Shown here: in pieces, positions 43,101-52,942 of the stretch
Position numbering within the stretch: position 1 is the first letter of the stretch
Layout of the letters: each line of letters begins with the position of its first letter
Origin: Flectonema sp. DT1601
Lineage: Eukaryota
Assembly (NCBI GenBank): GCA_964019425.1
Contig: OZ025786.1
Span: 1,426,001 to 1,490,000, forward strand
Length of the DNA stretch: 64,000 nucleotides
Reading direction: 5' to 3'
Translations under genes and position numbers: made by a program
The notes under the pieces: model-generated
What the model was told of the DNA's origin: nothing
Databases searched by the model: none
Seen by the model: the letters and a program-made list of their open reading frames with translations, nothing else

Positions 43101-45222
43101 TCGTGAAAAGCGTCGTATCTTATTTGATGCAATGGATGTAAGTGGTACTGGTAAATTATCATTGGCAGAGCTTTCAAGAGGTGTCAAAGAGGTTTTACAG
43201 CTTGACCACATCTTCAGCCAATGTCGATTCGCCATCATGGGCGCTTTCCGAACAGCTGCTGCAAACACAGTAGATGGACTTGTCAGTAAGAAACAGTTTC
43301 AACTTATTCTCACAGTGATTGAGGGATACGTAAATTGTTATTCTTTGTATCGGTCATTTAGTACCGGAGGTTGTGTTTCTAGTGCAGCTTTCTGCAATGA
43401 AGCAACCCTAGTTGCGCTGAGATCTCGTGGGTATCACATTGAGCCTCACAAGGCTAGAGAGATATTCCATCAAATAACACAAGGGAAGGAACTGATGTAC
43501 TTCAGTGACTTTTCAGAATGGGCAATTGGAAACACTGACAGTCCTGTACCGTCACCCAGTGTGGATGTCTTGAAGGAGGTGGAGGTTCCAAATGCCGATC
43601 GCAGTCCAGCACATGGAGAAGTGAAGTTTCATTCGAATATAAATCATCGAGACCGGGAGGAGGTGGTGTATCAGCAACAACATCAGCAACAGCAGGAACA
43701 ACAGCAACAGCAACAACAACAGCAACAGCAACAAGAACAACAACAGCTACAAGAACAACAGCAACAACAGCAACGGCAGGAGCAACAGCACCAGCAACAA
43801 CAACAGCACCAGCAACAACATCATCAGCAACAACAACAGTATCAGCAACACCATCAGCAACACTACCAACATCAATATCAGTATCAACAGCACCCTCAAC
43901 AACAACAACATCAACCACAAGTTAATAATATTCATCCAACCTATTCCAATAACATTAGTGAAAGACAAACTCATTCAATTCAAAGTGGTATCAATTCTGG
44001 TCCAGGTGGTGGCGACTGGACAGTCCGATTCTACGAAGGAAACGACACCCTCGGCAACTACGGGAACATCCACCAACTCCACAGCCTACTCGATGCTGAG
44101 ATTCCTGCTAATGCTGTTGACCAGGGTAATTATTTAATACTGTTGCCATCAGTTTCTGAAGCTCTGTTTCCTGTTACTAGTAGTTTAGCTGTTTCAAAAT
44201 CAGGTCATGTTCGGAAGATGATTTCTAAAACATACGCTCAGGCCCTCTCATCATCTGAAGAATTGCGTGCTATGTTTCTTTCATCGTTTGCAAAGTCTCT
44301 CTTGACGCTTGGAATCGCTGTAGACACGGCGACTGGAAGAGTTTCAGTTGCTGAGAATCGTTTGCATATTCTCGCAACCCGTCGTAATGTTCCCTTCAAG
44401 CGTCTGATCACAAGAATATTGTATTCTCTATCTACTTTTGGATTTCCTCATTACTGTGCTCCTTTAGTCGATTTGTTCATCACAGAAATTGCGACTACAA
44501 AATCACTCGAAGGTTGCAAAGACGCCTGCAGGTCACAGTGGATTCCAGCCTTGGAAGATGAGAGAGAGAAGGATACCTTAACAATGAAGGTTAACACGGT
44601 TTCTTTTGGTAGGAAAAGTAAGATAACAGTAGCGGTAGGGTCTGGTGTTTCTGCTGCAATGACGAGGAATAAGAGAATGAGGGGACAACGTCCAGGATCG
44701 GCGCGGCAACAATCTCGACCACCTTCTAGGTCGAGGTCGCCACAGTTCGTACCACCAGTGGGAGGTTATCATCAGCAACCTCACAGAGCTGATATTAAAA
44801 TACCTAACACAACACAACGAGGATATGAAAATAGTTATTCTCACCAGTTTGGATCTCCCAGCGACTGTGCTTGGAACAGACCGAGTACCGCTAATCCTCT
44901 CCGATGCTCAAGTTCGAATCTCCCCATTCGTCTGGAAGAAGACGATGAATCGTATCGTTTAATTATCTTAGGAGCACCTTCAACAGTACGAGTGACGGTT
45001 AATATTTCTATTCTAAAAATAAGAGTTAATCCACTTCCTATTTATTATGAGCCACATAAGGTAGTCCTAATCGACGATCTTGAGAATGAGGGAATCGAAC
45101 TGACTCGAACAGTAAGATTATCGTCACCGATATTTCCAAGCAGCTCGTATAAAGAACCATTGGGATCTTGCCATACGATTTGTACATTCAAAAAGGTTCC
45201 TGACACCGTTTCTGAGTTGTAA
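40159..45222 (+). CDS. 1687-aa multidomain protein: repetitive N-terminus, calflagin/FCaBP-like EF-hand domain, polyQ, OGFr-like domain, possible HSP20-like C-terminus
   Basis: KRRILFDAMDVSGTGKLSLAELSRGVKEVLQLD...FSDFSEWA (FCaBP-like); TGRV...LITRILYSLSTFG....PLVDLFITE (OGFr-like); IRLEEDDESYRLII...VRVTV...LKI...LTRTVRL (alpha-crystallin-like). Domain calls are by eye. Confidence 0.8.
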   Translation: MSSQGGQNEDQNMSQEVNKENREHSNPPDSDKLPQQSNNNRETPQEDNSKSNTQNSDHRSDAEQSKTTTHNPSVAIPLSEQDMNEVQSVRNNSTAKPTEENSNSQSSVIAGNHSVVENETKPVPQVNNSRESQSNSSTAKPTEGNDISQPRNPDTANNSSLAENDTKPLPEQGKDSRKSQSNSPTAEPTEGNDKSQPQKSPNNHSVTENDTKPLPEQGKDGRESQSNSPTAKPTEGNDKSQPQSSVVETEVKSLPEQSKSVVNLNKENDISQPRNPDTANNSSLAENDTKPLPEQDKDSRKSQSNSPTAEPTEGNDKSQPQKSPNNHSVTENATKSHPEQGKDGRESQSNSLTAEPTEGNDKSQPRNPDTTNNSSVIENDKKPLPEQGKDSSESHRNSSTSKPAEESSILKPRSSQIAGNHSVAENEVKSLPEQSNDNRESQHSNSNRVEEVNRKSSSENPTKLNEVPTIPRTVEIKRSLESDVMTKRVSIQQHAEEGTSEAQPSSSIQQRQHQDGSATNSEGNPVPEDIQTAPRASSLTTIASSRPETVKGSLQENDVYSDTLPASRNSEVSSIELPSISRRSTSKTEVIQEVVSKEALPKLVTVNNDKPDTPRTVFGKSSVSTVGNSLVPSDAGAMVYSKSHTANDLEGSQRKVVSEIDENFRFPSTKTSLKRNTQPTSQYDDQGDEDINPLASNAGTVIQPNSQSGIGLNSKLKPRIPNQPNDEMKSMSPLAGSPNKKLHPANPNNISQSSRQEGVDPLDMSTDEQPITSKGYYSVEDFEEKLLNDSVQHIETPHPQKVLQTDAEVATHQHNYLVSGECLSSSKPTTMESLVEAVPADSELKEMVVADQQQSNVLEIENDNLATQPQQKNEHQTALQQPIVLEEENKISEEIHNSPDDNKPLKLNPRDLEVPLGTGAISAVSTPQTVKKQSPMPWMIPSGNNMNVGRGRPASSPWRAQRTLLDASIFTPLPTADDEFTREKRRILFDAMDVSGTGKLSLAELSRGVKEVLQLDHIFSQCRFAIMGAFRTAAANTVDGLVSKKQFQLILTVIEGYVNCYSLYRSFSTGGCVSSAAFCNEATLVALRSRGYHIEPHKAREIFHQITQGKELMYFSDFSEWAIGNTDSPVPSPSVDVLKEVEVPNADRSPAHGEVKFHSNINHRDREEVVYQQQHQQQQEQQQQQQQQQQQQEQQQLQEQQQQQQRQEQQHQQQQQHQQQHHQQQQQYQQHHQQHYQHQYQYQQHPQQQQHQPQVNNIHPTYSNNISERQTHSIQSGINSGPGGGDWTVRFYEGNDTLGNYGNIHQLHSLLDAEIPANAVDQGNYLILLPSVSEALFPVTSSLAVSKSGHVRKMISKTYAQALSSSEELRAMFLSSFAKSLLTLGIAVDTATGRVSVAENRLHILATRRNVPFKRLITRILYSLSTFGFPHYCAPLVDLFITEIATTKSLEGCKDACRSQWIPALEDEREKDTLTMKVNTVSFGRKSKITVAVGSGVSAAMTRNKRMRGQRPGSARQQSRPPSRSRSPQFVPPVGGYHQQPHRADIKIPNTTQRGYENSYSHQFGSPSDCAWNRPSTANPLRCSSSNLPIRLEEDDESYRLIILGAPSTVRVTVNISILKIRVNPLPIYYEPHKVVLIDDLENEGIELTRTVRLSSPIFPSSSYKEPLGSCHTICTFKKVPDTVSEL
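40430..41480 (+). repeat. Coding tandem repeat of ~55-60 aa units (ENDTKPLPEQGKD..SQSNSPTAEPTEGNDKSQP)
   Basis: About 6 units, with a near-identical higher-order duplication starting near 40591 and 40960. Confidence 0.85.
43672..43920 (+). repeat. CAA/CAG-rich polyglutamine (Q/H/E/Y) tract
   Basis: Read directly from the sequence and its translation. Confidence 0.9.
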
Positions 45223-45797
45223 TTTACTTTCTTTTTAATTATTATTATATTATTATTATTATTGCCAACTTGGGATTATTTATTTGTATTTGTGTTTTCT
45301 TCTTATTTTCTTTTTTCCCTTAAGGTCAGTTTCCTCAGACCTGTTGTGAACACGGTATCTTATTCTTTTTTTTATTGATTTGAGGTCTGTTTCATATCAG
45401 CAACGCTGTTCAAGGATTGCTTGCTGATGTGTTTTGTACATCATCTGTTTTTTTTTTTTTTTTTTTTTGCAACAGCGCACACCTGAAAAGGTCGTTCGCG
45501 GTCATTGCCAAAAGGCTGTGAATAACAGTCTGTAGAAAAAAAAACTTTTTTTTTAGTTTATGTCGGTTTTTCTTACTGCCAGTTGTATTGTTTTGTTATT
45601 TCACTCTATTTCTTGCGAAACAAATCGCAAAAATCAAAAAAAATTTAAAAAATAATTTCCGTAACATCACATTTACTTTATTCAGAACAACAATGCTCCA
45701 AGGAACGAAGAAGGGGAAAAACGAAGTTAGATTAAATTACTTTTTCCTTGTTTTTTTTTTCATCCAAAATCACTATCTATTTAAATCACAGGTAATA

Positions 45798-46277
45798 ATG
45801 AAGAAATTACGACCACGAAAACTAAAAGACGTGGCCCTACTTGTCGATGCCACAAGTGAATCTGTTGCCGTCAGTAAAGTATTAGACGCTGTTAGTAAAC
45901 TGGGAGCTGTAAGAGAAAGAAGGATATATCTTGATACGAGTCACCGTGATGGAATGCTTACGGCCTCTAGAAAATGTGGTTTAGAGGTGGTGTCTGTAAC
46001 GTCTTTCGTTGATGCGAAAAAAGCTCCTGCTCACATTCACATGTCACTCGCCATTTCTGAAATCGTTTCGAGGAAGAATCCTCCGTCTCATATCGCCATT
46101 GTGTCTCCTGTAAGTAAAGCGTTCTTCTTCCTTCCTCCGTTGATGCCGAAGACACAACTTTGGGTTGTTTCAAATACCGACGCGAAAAAGGAATTAACTA
46201 AACGACAGATTTCACAAATTAATATTCAAACGGGAGATATGGTCCCCGCGACAGTTCCTTCTCCTGTTTCAGCCTAA
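45798..46277 (+). CDS. NYN/LabA (PIN-like) domain protein, probably catalytically degenerate
   Basis: VALLVD...LGAVRERRIY...GLEVVSV...KKAPAHIHMSLAI...HIAIVS follows the NYN layout. The later acidic residues are absent. Confidence 0.55.
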   Translation: MKKLRPRKLKDVALLVDATSESVAVSKVLDAVSKLGAVRERRIYLDTSHRDGMLTASRKCGLEVVSVTSFVDAKKAPAHIHMSLAISEIVSRKNPPSHIAIVSPVSKAFFFLPPLMPKTQLWVVSNTDAKKELTKRQISQINIQTGDMVPATVPSPVSA

Positions 46278-46284
46278 TTGCATT

Positions 46285-46684
46285 GCTGGAACGAATCCTC
46301 GATGGTTCTAATGCACTAGCACAAGGCCGGGTGTAATGAAACCATGCACGATGAGTAGTCTTCAGACCGCTAACCTATGTAATATCGTCTGTTCTCGGTT
46401 TATAAAATGTTGAAAGCATCAAGACGTTGGTTGTCTCTTTTTTTCCGCAGTTCTGATAGAGGCAGTCACCACCAAACCTTTCGGTCAGCAGCAGCTTCTC
46501 TATAGAACTTGTGATGGTTTTCACCATCGTGCCTTCCAGAATACATTGGCATGTGTGTAGCTCAGACGAGTCTGATAACTACTGCCTGGAACGAATCCGT
46601 AAAGAGATTTGTCCTCGATGGTTCTAATGCACTAGCACAAGGCCGGGTGTAATGAAACCATGCACGATGAGTAGTCGTCAGACC
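46285..46684. repeat. Local duplication of a ~70-85 bp GC-richer structured unit (46285-46368 and ~46586-46684)
   Basis: cctcgatggttctaatgcactagcacaaggccgggtgtaatgaaaccatgcacgatgagtagtc[t/g]tcagacc occurs twice. Confidence 0.9.
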
Positions 46685-46822
46685 ACTCCCCTATCGATGA
46701 AAAGATATCTCTAAAAGTATAACAAATGCTAACGGCATTGCATTTGTTTCAGTACTACTGCGTAAGTCAACCGTTTTATGATAATTTATTATTTCTTAGA
46801 AAGGTATCAATTATAAACAACT

Positions 46823-47401
46823 ATGTCTGTTAGAGAATACAGCTTGGAGATGGTGACCTGTTTGTTCGCAGTTGCGACTCTCGCCTATGTTTGGGAAATG
46901 GATTTGAAGGAGGTTCAATCATTAACTGGCAGCAGAGTTGCTGAGAAGAAATATGAGTCCTTTGATGAATTCTATCCTTTTTATTTGACACAGCATGTTG
47001 ATGAGACCTGCAAGTTGTTGCATTTTGCTGGTACTTCTCTCATGCTTTTTTGGGTTTTGGGGATGAACATCACCAGCGCTCACAAGTCTGTTGCTACATT
47101 CGCTGCTGCCATCGCTGCCGGACTTGTCACTGTTCCTCTGACAGTAGGTGTTGAAAACGCTTTGTACGAAGCCGTGGCGCTTATCGTCACTTCCGCTGTG
47201 ATGTGCATGCTTCTAAACCACAGTGCAAGCGTTTTGGTCATTGGTTCCATCATTGGGTATTCGTTTGCTTGGATTGGTCATTTCTTCTATGAAAAGAACA
47301 AGCCTGCTACCTTCACATACATTACTTATTCTTTAGTTGGTGACTTCCACATGTACTACGGCATGTTGCAGGAGTACTCTCGTCTGTACCTTAAGCAATA
47401 A
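46823..47401 (+). CDS. DUF962 / Mpo1-like membrane protein
   Basis: YESFDEFYPFYLTQH......LHFAGT...GYSFAWIGHFFYEKNKPATF.Y..YSLVGDF is the DUF962 signature. Confidence 0.85.
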   Translation: MSVREYSLEMVTCLFAVATLAYVWEMDLKEVQSLTGSRVAEKKYESFDEFYPFYLTQHVDETCKLLHFAGTSLMLFWVLGMNITSAHKSVATFAAAIAAGLVTVPLTVGVENALYEAVALIVTSAVMCMLLNHSASVLVIGSIIGYSFAWIGHFFYEKNKPATFTYITYSLVGDFHMYYGMLQEYSRLYLKQ

Positions 47402-48976
47402 GTTTATTTTCGAGACTTTCGAAAATAAACTTTTTTTTTTCTTTTTTTTCATTCTCCCTTTTTTTTTTTCCTCCCCATAATAATTGGTTAAAAAAAAAGT
47501 TTTGTTAGTCGCACATGTCATCCTTTCTAGCCCTCACTGTCTAACTGGTATAACAGCTTCGTGCAAAAAAACAAAAAAATAGGTTTGAATTCTCACTACC
47601 GAATTGATGTGAGTTAAGAGAAAACGCCAAATTATTCCCTCACCCGTTTCCTTTGTTTTTCTTTACACAAGTCACGTCTTTTTCTGATTAGCACCATTCT
47701 TTTTTGAAGTCGGTATTCATTCTTCACACGTGAAAACATAACGTAAGAGAAATTCTTCGTTTTTTTTTTTTTTTTTTTTTTTTTTTTGAAACCTTCTTTA
47801 TTTAGACCAAAGTAAAACTCGCTAACAAAAAAAAAATTGGAATGAAGTCCTGATGATTAATACGCGGGACAAGTAGTATTTCGCAGTGTTAAAAACTGAA
47901 CAGCAGAAAAATTTCTCTTTTTTTTATATTTTGATTTTTTAGTGCACTATTTTATAACAAACTCGTTCTAACAAAAAAAAAAAAAAATAATAATAATAAT
48001 AGTAATAATAGTTGGGAAGACCCCTCTCAATACGATGAATTTCTAAAATGGTCAACGTGCGTCGCAAAAAAGAAAAAGAGTTATGTTTTTGTGGTAAATT
48101 ATTCCCACACCGGTAGTTTTTTTGTTCTCGAAGTTGACAGTTTTGGAGACTTTTGTGTTCGAATTAGGGGGTTTTCCCAAACAAGAAAAAAAAAAAAAAT
48201 ACTATCCTTATGCTATCCTTCTCTTCTCATAAATCTAAGTTTGGTTTCATTGTAAGTACCCTTACCACAGAATTATGTTGCAACTCGCGAAGCTCTCTTT
48301 TTTTTTTTAAATTGTGCGATGAGAATGGGGGAAAAAAAAAAAAAATTGTCTGTTAGACCGATGGTGATTTGTTAGAAGAAAAAAAAAAAAAAAAAAAAAC
48401 AGACCTCACTAAAATAATCCTCACGCTTTGTTTGTAAACAGTACGTAAACTGAAAACAAGCCTATAAAGTGTTAAAGTCACGCTGGCACAAGTCTCATTC
48501 ATTCGTAAAGCATGTCTTTGAGATGGGAAAAAAAAAAAAAAAAAAAAAAAAAATCCATTTCATGGACGTTTTCAACGCGCCACATGCTGGTTGATTTGAA
48601 TCTGAGAGAACCAGCGTTACAGTGAGAGACCTGCTTCTCACGTTCGGGAAAAAAAAAAAAAAAAAAAAAAGACTGACGCATCGGGCAACCCGATAAACAT
48701 CTGAACAATTTCAGATGTCGCATGTGTTTCTAATTGGTCCCTATTCCCCAAAACGAAGCTCCAATCGTGTTTCCGCGAGTGCACCATAACAAGTTGAAGT
48801 TTCTTTTTTTAAATTTTTTTTAGATTTTTATTCTAAAGAGATAAATTAATAACTAAATTTACTACCCTCTTCAGACTTCTCATCACAACATAATATTATC
48901 CTTCCCCCTCGTGAGCTGTATTGTGTGTTAGTTGCTTGTATTTTAAATTTTTTTAAAAAGAATCACATAACTCAAG

Positions 48977-51900
48977 ATGGAGGAAGAAGAGGCAGGCAAC
49001 AACTGGTACGACATTTCGCTACCAGTTAAAAAATTCAGCCTGAAACAGCAGATCAGAGGAGCTGGCACACTAGATGACATCAGTAACGTTGTGGAAGAAG
49101 CAAAAAGTTTATATGGTAGGAAATGTATGCAACAAAGAAACAAGGGAGGAAGTGATAAAAAATGGCTTGATCAGATGACTAAGGAAGGTACAGCACACGA
49201 TAGGGTCGCAGCTATAAGTTCCCAATTACGAAAAAGTGTGGAAGTTCCCTACAAACTTCACATGCTAAACGACTTGGTTGGAATGGCGGGTAGAATGGGT
49301 CACACGAGCAGAATAGCTATCGATGCGTTGATAGAGTTGTTCACGACATCCATCATGCCTCCAAACAGAAAGTTGAAAGCAATCACAACCCGATCACCAA
49401 AAGAACTCAGCGATCATCAAAATGAACGTGAAAAAATCCTTTTCTATTGGCATATAGAAGATCAAATCAAATCTATATTCGCAAAATTCTTATCAACCCT
49501 GAGAGACGGTACATCCTCTACTGTTGAAAATGTTAAAGGATACTGCATCAAAGCAATTTATCTTCTCTTAACAAAAATACCTGAAGAAGAAAAGCAATTG
49601 CTCTCGATATTGGCTAATAAGTTGGGTGATGCATCTCCAAAAATGGCAACTCGTGCAGTCCATTATTTATTGTTGTTGGTAAAGGAGAATCCTACGATGA
49701 GGGGAATAGTAGTGCGAGAGTTAGAGCAGTTTAGTTTTCGTAAGAACAATTCTTTGAAAGCACAATACTATTCTGTCAATGTACTTAGTCAGATCATGTT
49801 GTCCAGGGCTGATCATGACCTCCCACAAAAACTGTTGGAAATCTACTTTTCATTATTTTCAAAGGCAGCTGCAGATGCGAATCTCGACAACAGATTAGTC
49901 AACAGTCTGCTCACAGGTATCAGACGTGCATTTCCTTTTAGTAGACATGAAGCAACAAATATGGAGAGATTCTACACTCCTTTATTCTCTATAGCTGCTA
50001 TGTCAGCGTTCCCTCACCGAGTGGCTGCCCTCATGATTGTTCATCAGGTAATCGAAAAAGGTGAAAAACAACTCATACCTCGTTTCTACAATTCCTTATA
50101 TAACCTACTAATGGCATCTCCTGTTAACACTCAAAACATGACTTCGAGTAAGTTGGCATTGTTCTTCTCTCTTGTGTATAAGGCATTGAAAATGGATGAA
50201 GACGTAACTCGTGTGTTGGCTTTTGTTCAGAGAATGTTACAAATTTGCATGCAACACAAACCATCTTATGTATGTGGTGCTCTATTCTTGATAAGTGAAG
50301 TAAGAAAATTATTTCCATCTATTGATCCGCATTTCACTAAAGAAGGTCCTTTTGTTTCACCTGTTGTGCCAGTGAAGCCAATTCCAGTACCCCGACCATC
50401 GGAAGTAGCAGCAGCACCAGACTCGGAGTCTGATGACGACGTTGCCGGATTCGGTACTGTCGCTGGGAAGAAAAAAATTGTTAAAAAAACGAAAACTGTT
50501 AAAATACCACTTCGATCGAACACCGTGTACGTCTCTGGCAATAACGATATTTATGACCCAAACGCAAGAAATCCATGCGCGGCTTTAGCAGAGGTATGTC
50601 ACCTTACAGTGAATTGATGGAAATGTCAACTGTTTTTCTTCTTTAAAAACAACAACAACAACAACAGACTGAATGTATTTGGATTATTGACAGGTTAACA
50701 AAACACTACCATCCATCAGTAGTAACTTTCGCCACCTACGTTAGGGAAGGAGGATCTATTGCCTATGAGGTATGTGTTTATACGATAACGATATAATATT
50801 GTCAAAAAAAAGAATTAGCTTTATCTTGAACTATACAGAAAATAGTAATATAACAACTGTGATTTTTTGTTTGTGTCACGAAACCGTGAACCGACTTAAA
50901 CTGATAAAGCAAAAGGAGGTTTACGTGTGCTGCCCAACATTCTTTTTCGTTAAATGCAAAAAAAAAACAAAAATCAAAAAACAGGGTGATCCTCTTGTAG
51001 ATTTCACTCTTCAAGCTTTTCTTGATGCGTTTTCGTTTAAGAACCCAAAGAAGAAGCACATTGGAACTATTAGAGATGGTTTAGATACCGCTTTGAAAAG
51101 ATCAAGTAATAAAAGACAAACTCTTACTCATGATGCGTCAGCATTCGCTGACCTACCTGCGGCTAAGGTTGATATCCAAGATGCTTTTTACTACAAATAC
51201 TTTGTGGGAAGGAAGAATAAGATTTTGGAATTAGCGAAACAAAACGAGTCTGGACTACTAATTGACGAAGATGAGGGACCTGAAGAAATAGAATATAAGG
51301 AAGACGATAATACTGTTGATGACTTCACTCGTAAATATCTAAAGTATTCATACGATGCTATGGATGATGATGCCAATGTATTAGCGGATATGCGACAGGA
51401 CGCAATGGGAGCAACTGATGAAGGAATAGACGCTGATATGCTCCGCCGTGATATTGAACACGGTCATGACGACATGATGGGCGTTCAAATCTCAAAAGAT
51501 GATATCCCAGATGATGAAAGTGACGATGGCTCCACCGATGACGATGACGATGACGAACCAAATTTCAAAGCAGCAGTAGCTGCTGGACAAGAAGAAGGAG
51601 ATGAGGAGTCTGATGACGATGACGATGACGATGACGGTGATGATGACATTGACATCGACGCGATGGATGCAAACATCTCTGGGCGTTCATTTGCAAAGGC
51701 TGTGCCGACATCAGAATCCGAGGCATCCGACGATGACGAAGATGAAAACGACTCTGAATTCCAACCTGGCGACTCCGACTCTTCCGGCATCGACGACGAC
51801 AGCTCCGTCGACGACGAAGTCGTCCAACGCAAAAAACGTCCAAAGAACGAACCTCTCAAATCGTTCGATATCACACGTGGTTCTGCTTCCTCGATGGGAG

Positions 51901-52228
51901 AAGCCAGTGCACGTGAGTTAGAATCTATGATCGACTTCACTTCTAAAATAGGAACTTCGAAATTTGACACTTGGCTAGACAAGCAAGAGAATAAGGGAAA
52001 GGGTGCCAACCGAGCTTCCGGAGGGTATGTCGGCTTTTTCCCCCCCCCTTTTTAATAATCTCTTGAAATTTTGCGATGGCGTACCACTTAGGAATTCATA
52101 CATAAACCTATATAAAAAAATAAAACAGTAAATCTGGTGGCAAGGGAGGAGGAAAGGGCAAGGGAGGCAAAGGTGGAGGAAAGGGAGGCAAAAGCGGCGG
52201 CAAGAAGGGAGGCAAACGGCGTAGGTAG
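48977..52228 (+). CDS. MAK21: Ribosome biogenesis factor MAK21/NOC1 (CEBPZ), 4 exons (48977-50593, 50668-50769, 50985-52024, 52129-52228)
   Basis: GT..DRVAA, PEEEKQLLSILANKLGD, AQYY, LLTGIRRAFPF, YDPNARNP. Splicing restores W..D.L.KHYHPSVVTFA...YEGDPLVDFTL.AFLD.F.FKNPK. Acidic tail, and a final G/K-rich exon ending KRRR*. Confidence 0.9.
50811..50957 (-). repeat. Interspersed repeat family B, reverse copy inside MAK21 intron 2
   Basis: Reverse complement reads gcatttaacgaaaaagaatgttgggcagcacacgtaaacctcc...tttatcagtttaagtcggttcacggtttcgtgacacaaacaaa...ttctgtatagttcaagataaagctaattc. Confidence 0.9.
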
Positions 52229-52506
52229 TCATCCACCGCATTATACTGTACATACTGCGTTAAAAAAAAAAAAAAAGTAGTTCACTTTGAGAAAAGAACG
52301 AATGAAGAAAAATCAAAAAAAAAAAAAAAGAAATTCGCATTTTCTTTCGTAACCTGCCTCACATACTATCATAAGAGGGCAGACGTTTATCTAGTTTCGG
52401 TTATCATATCACAACATAGGAAAATGGTTTTTTTAAAATGATTTTTTTAAAAATTATTTTGTTTTGTTTTTACAATCCAGAAAACACAAATTACAATGAA
52501 AAAAAA

Positions 52507-52818
52507 ATGGGCAGTGGTCCAAAATACACCACTTTTTTTGCAAATGGCAAGGGGTTAAGGAATACTGTGAACCACCTGGGTTCCATGAAGCCAGAGGTAG
52601 CAATCACAAAGATTGCAGCCTGGATGAGGGCAGTGGAGGACGCGGACTCTGAAAGCCGCACTATGTTGAGAGTCGACGAAGACGGTCGCTTCGATAAGGC
52701 GGTGTGGTCCTTCGGACACTCTGCGATGTTTCTTCGCTCCGTGTTCGTCGACGCGACACACCTGTATTTTGGGCCTTTTTTTTGGTGTATTTTGAGCCAT
52801 AACCCGAAAAGAAATTAA
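52507..52818 (+). pseudogene. Probable Mutator/MULE transposase fragment
   Basis: GC-richer island encoding LRVDEDGRFDKAVWSFG......VFVDATHL, resembling the segment leading into the first catalytic Asp (DxT) of MULE transposases. No TIRs seen. Confidence 0.55.
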
Positions 52819-52855
52819 AAACAACGTTTTTGTGTGTGCTCGTCAGCCCCCACCT

Positions 52856-52942
52856 TTAGTCACTGTATCTAAAACTAATGTTAAAATTATCTTTATGTTT
52901 TTATGATACAACACAGTTGTAATTTTTACAAAATTAAACATA
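52856..52942 (+). repeat. 5'-truncated copy of family A element (no ribozyme)
   Basis: ttagtcactgtatctaaaactaatgttaaaattatctttatgtttttatgatacaacacagttgtaatttttacaaaattaaacata matches the 3' third of 8125-8390. A C-run follows. Confidence 0.9.

Noticed and set aside
46295..46350. Twister or hammerhead assignment for the duplicated unit
   Set aside because: UAA and CAAG motifs are present, but the two twister pseudoknot pairings cannot be formed. The minus-strand CTGANGA lacks a stem II/GAAA partner.
43502..52009. Minus-strand poly-V/L/S ORFs opposite the polyQ tract and the MAK21 acidic tail
   Set aside because: Antisense shadows of low-complexity coding sequence.
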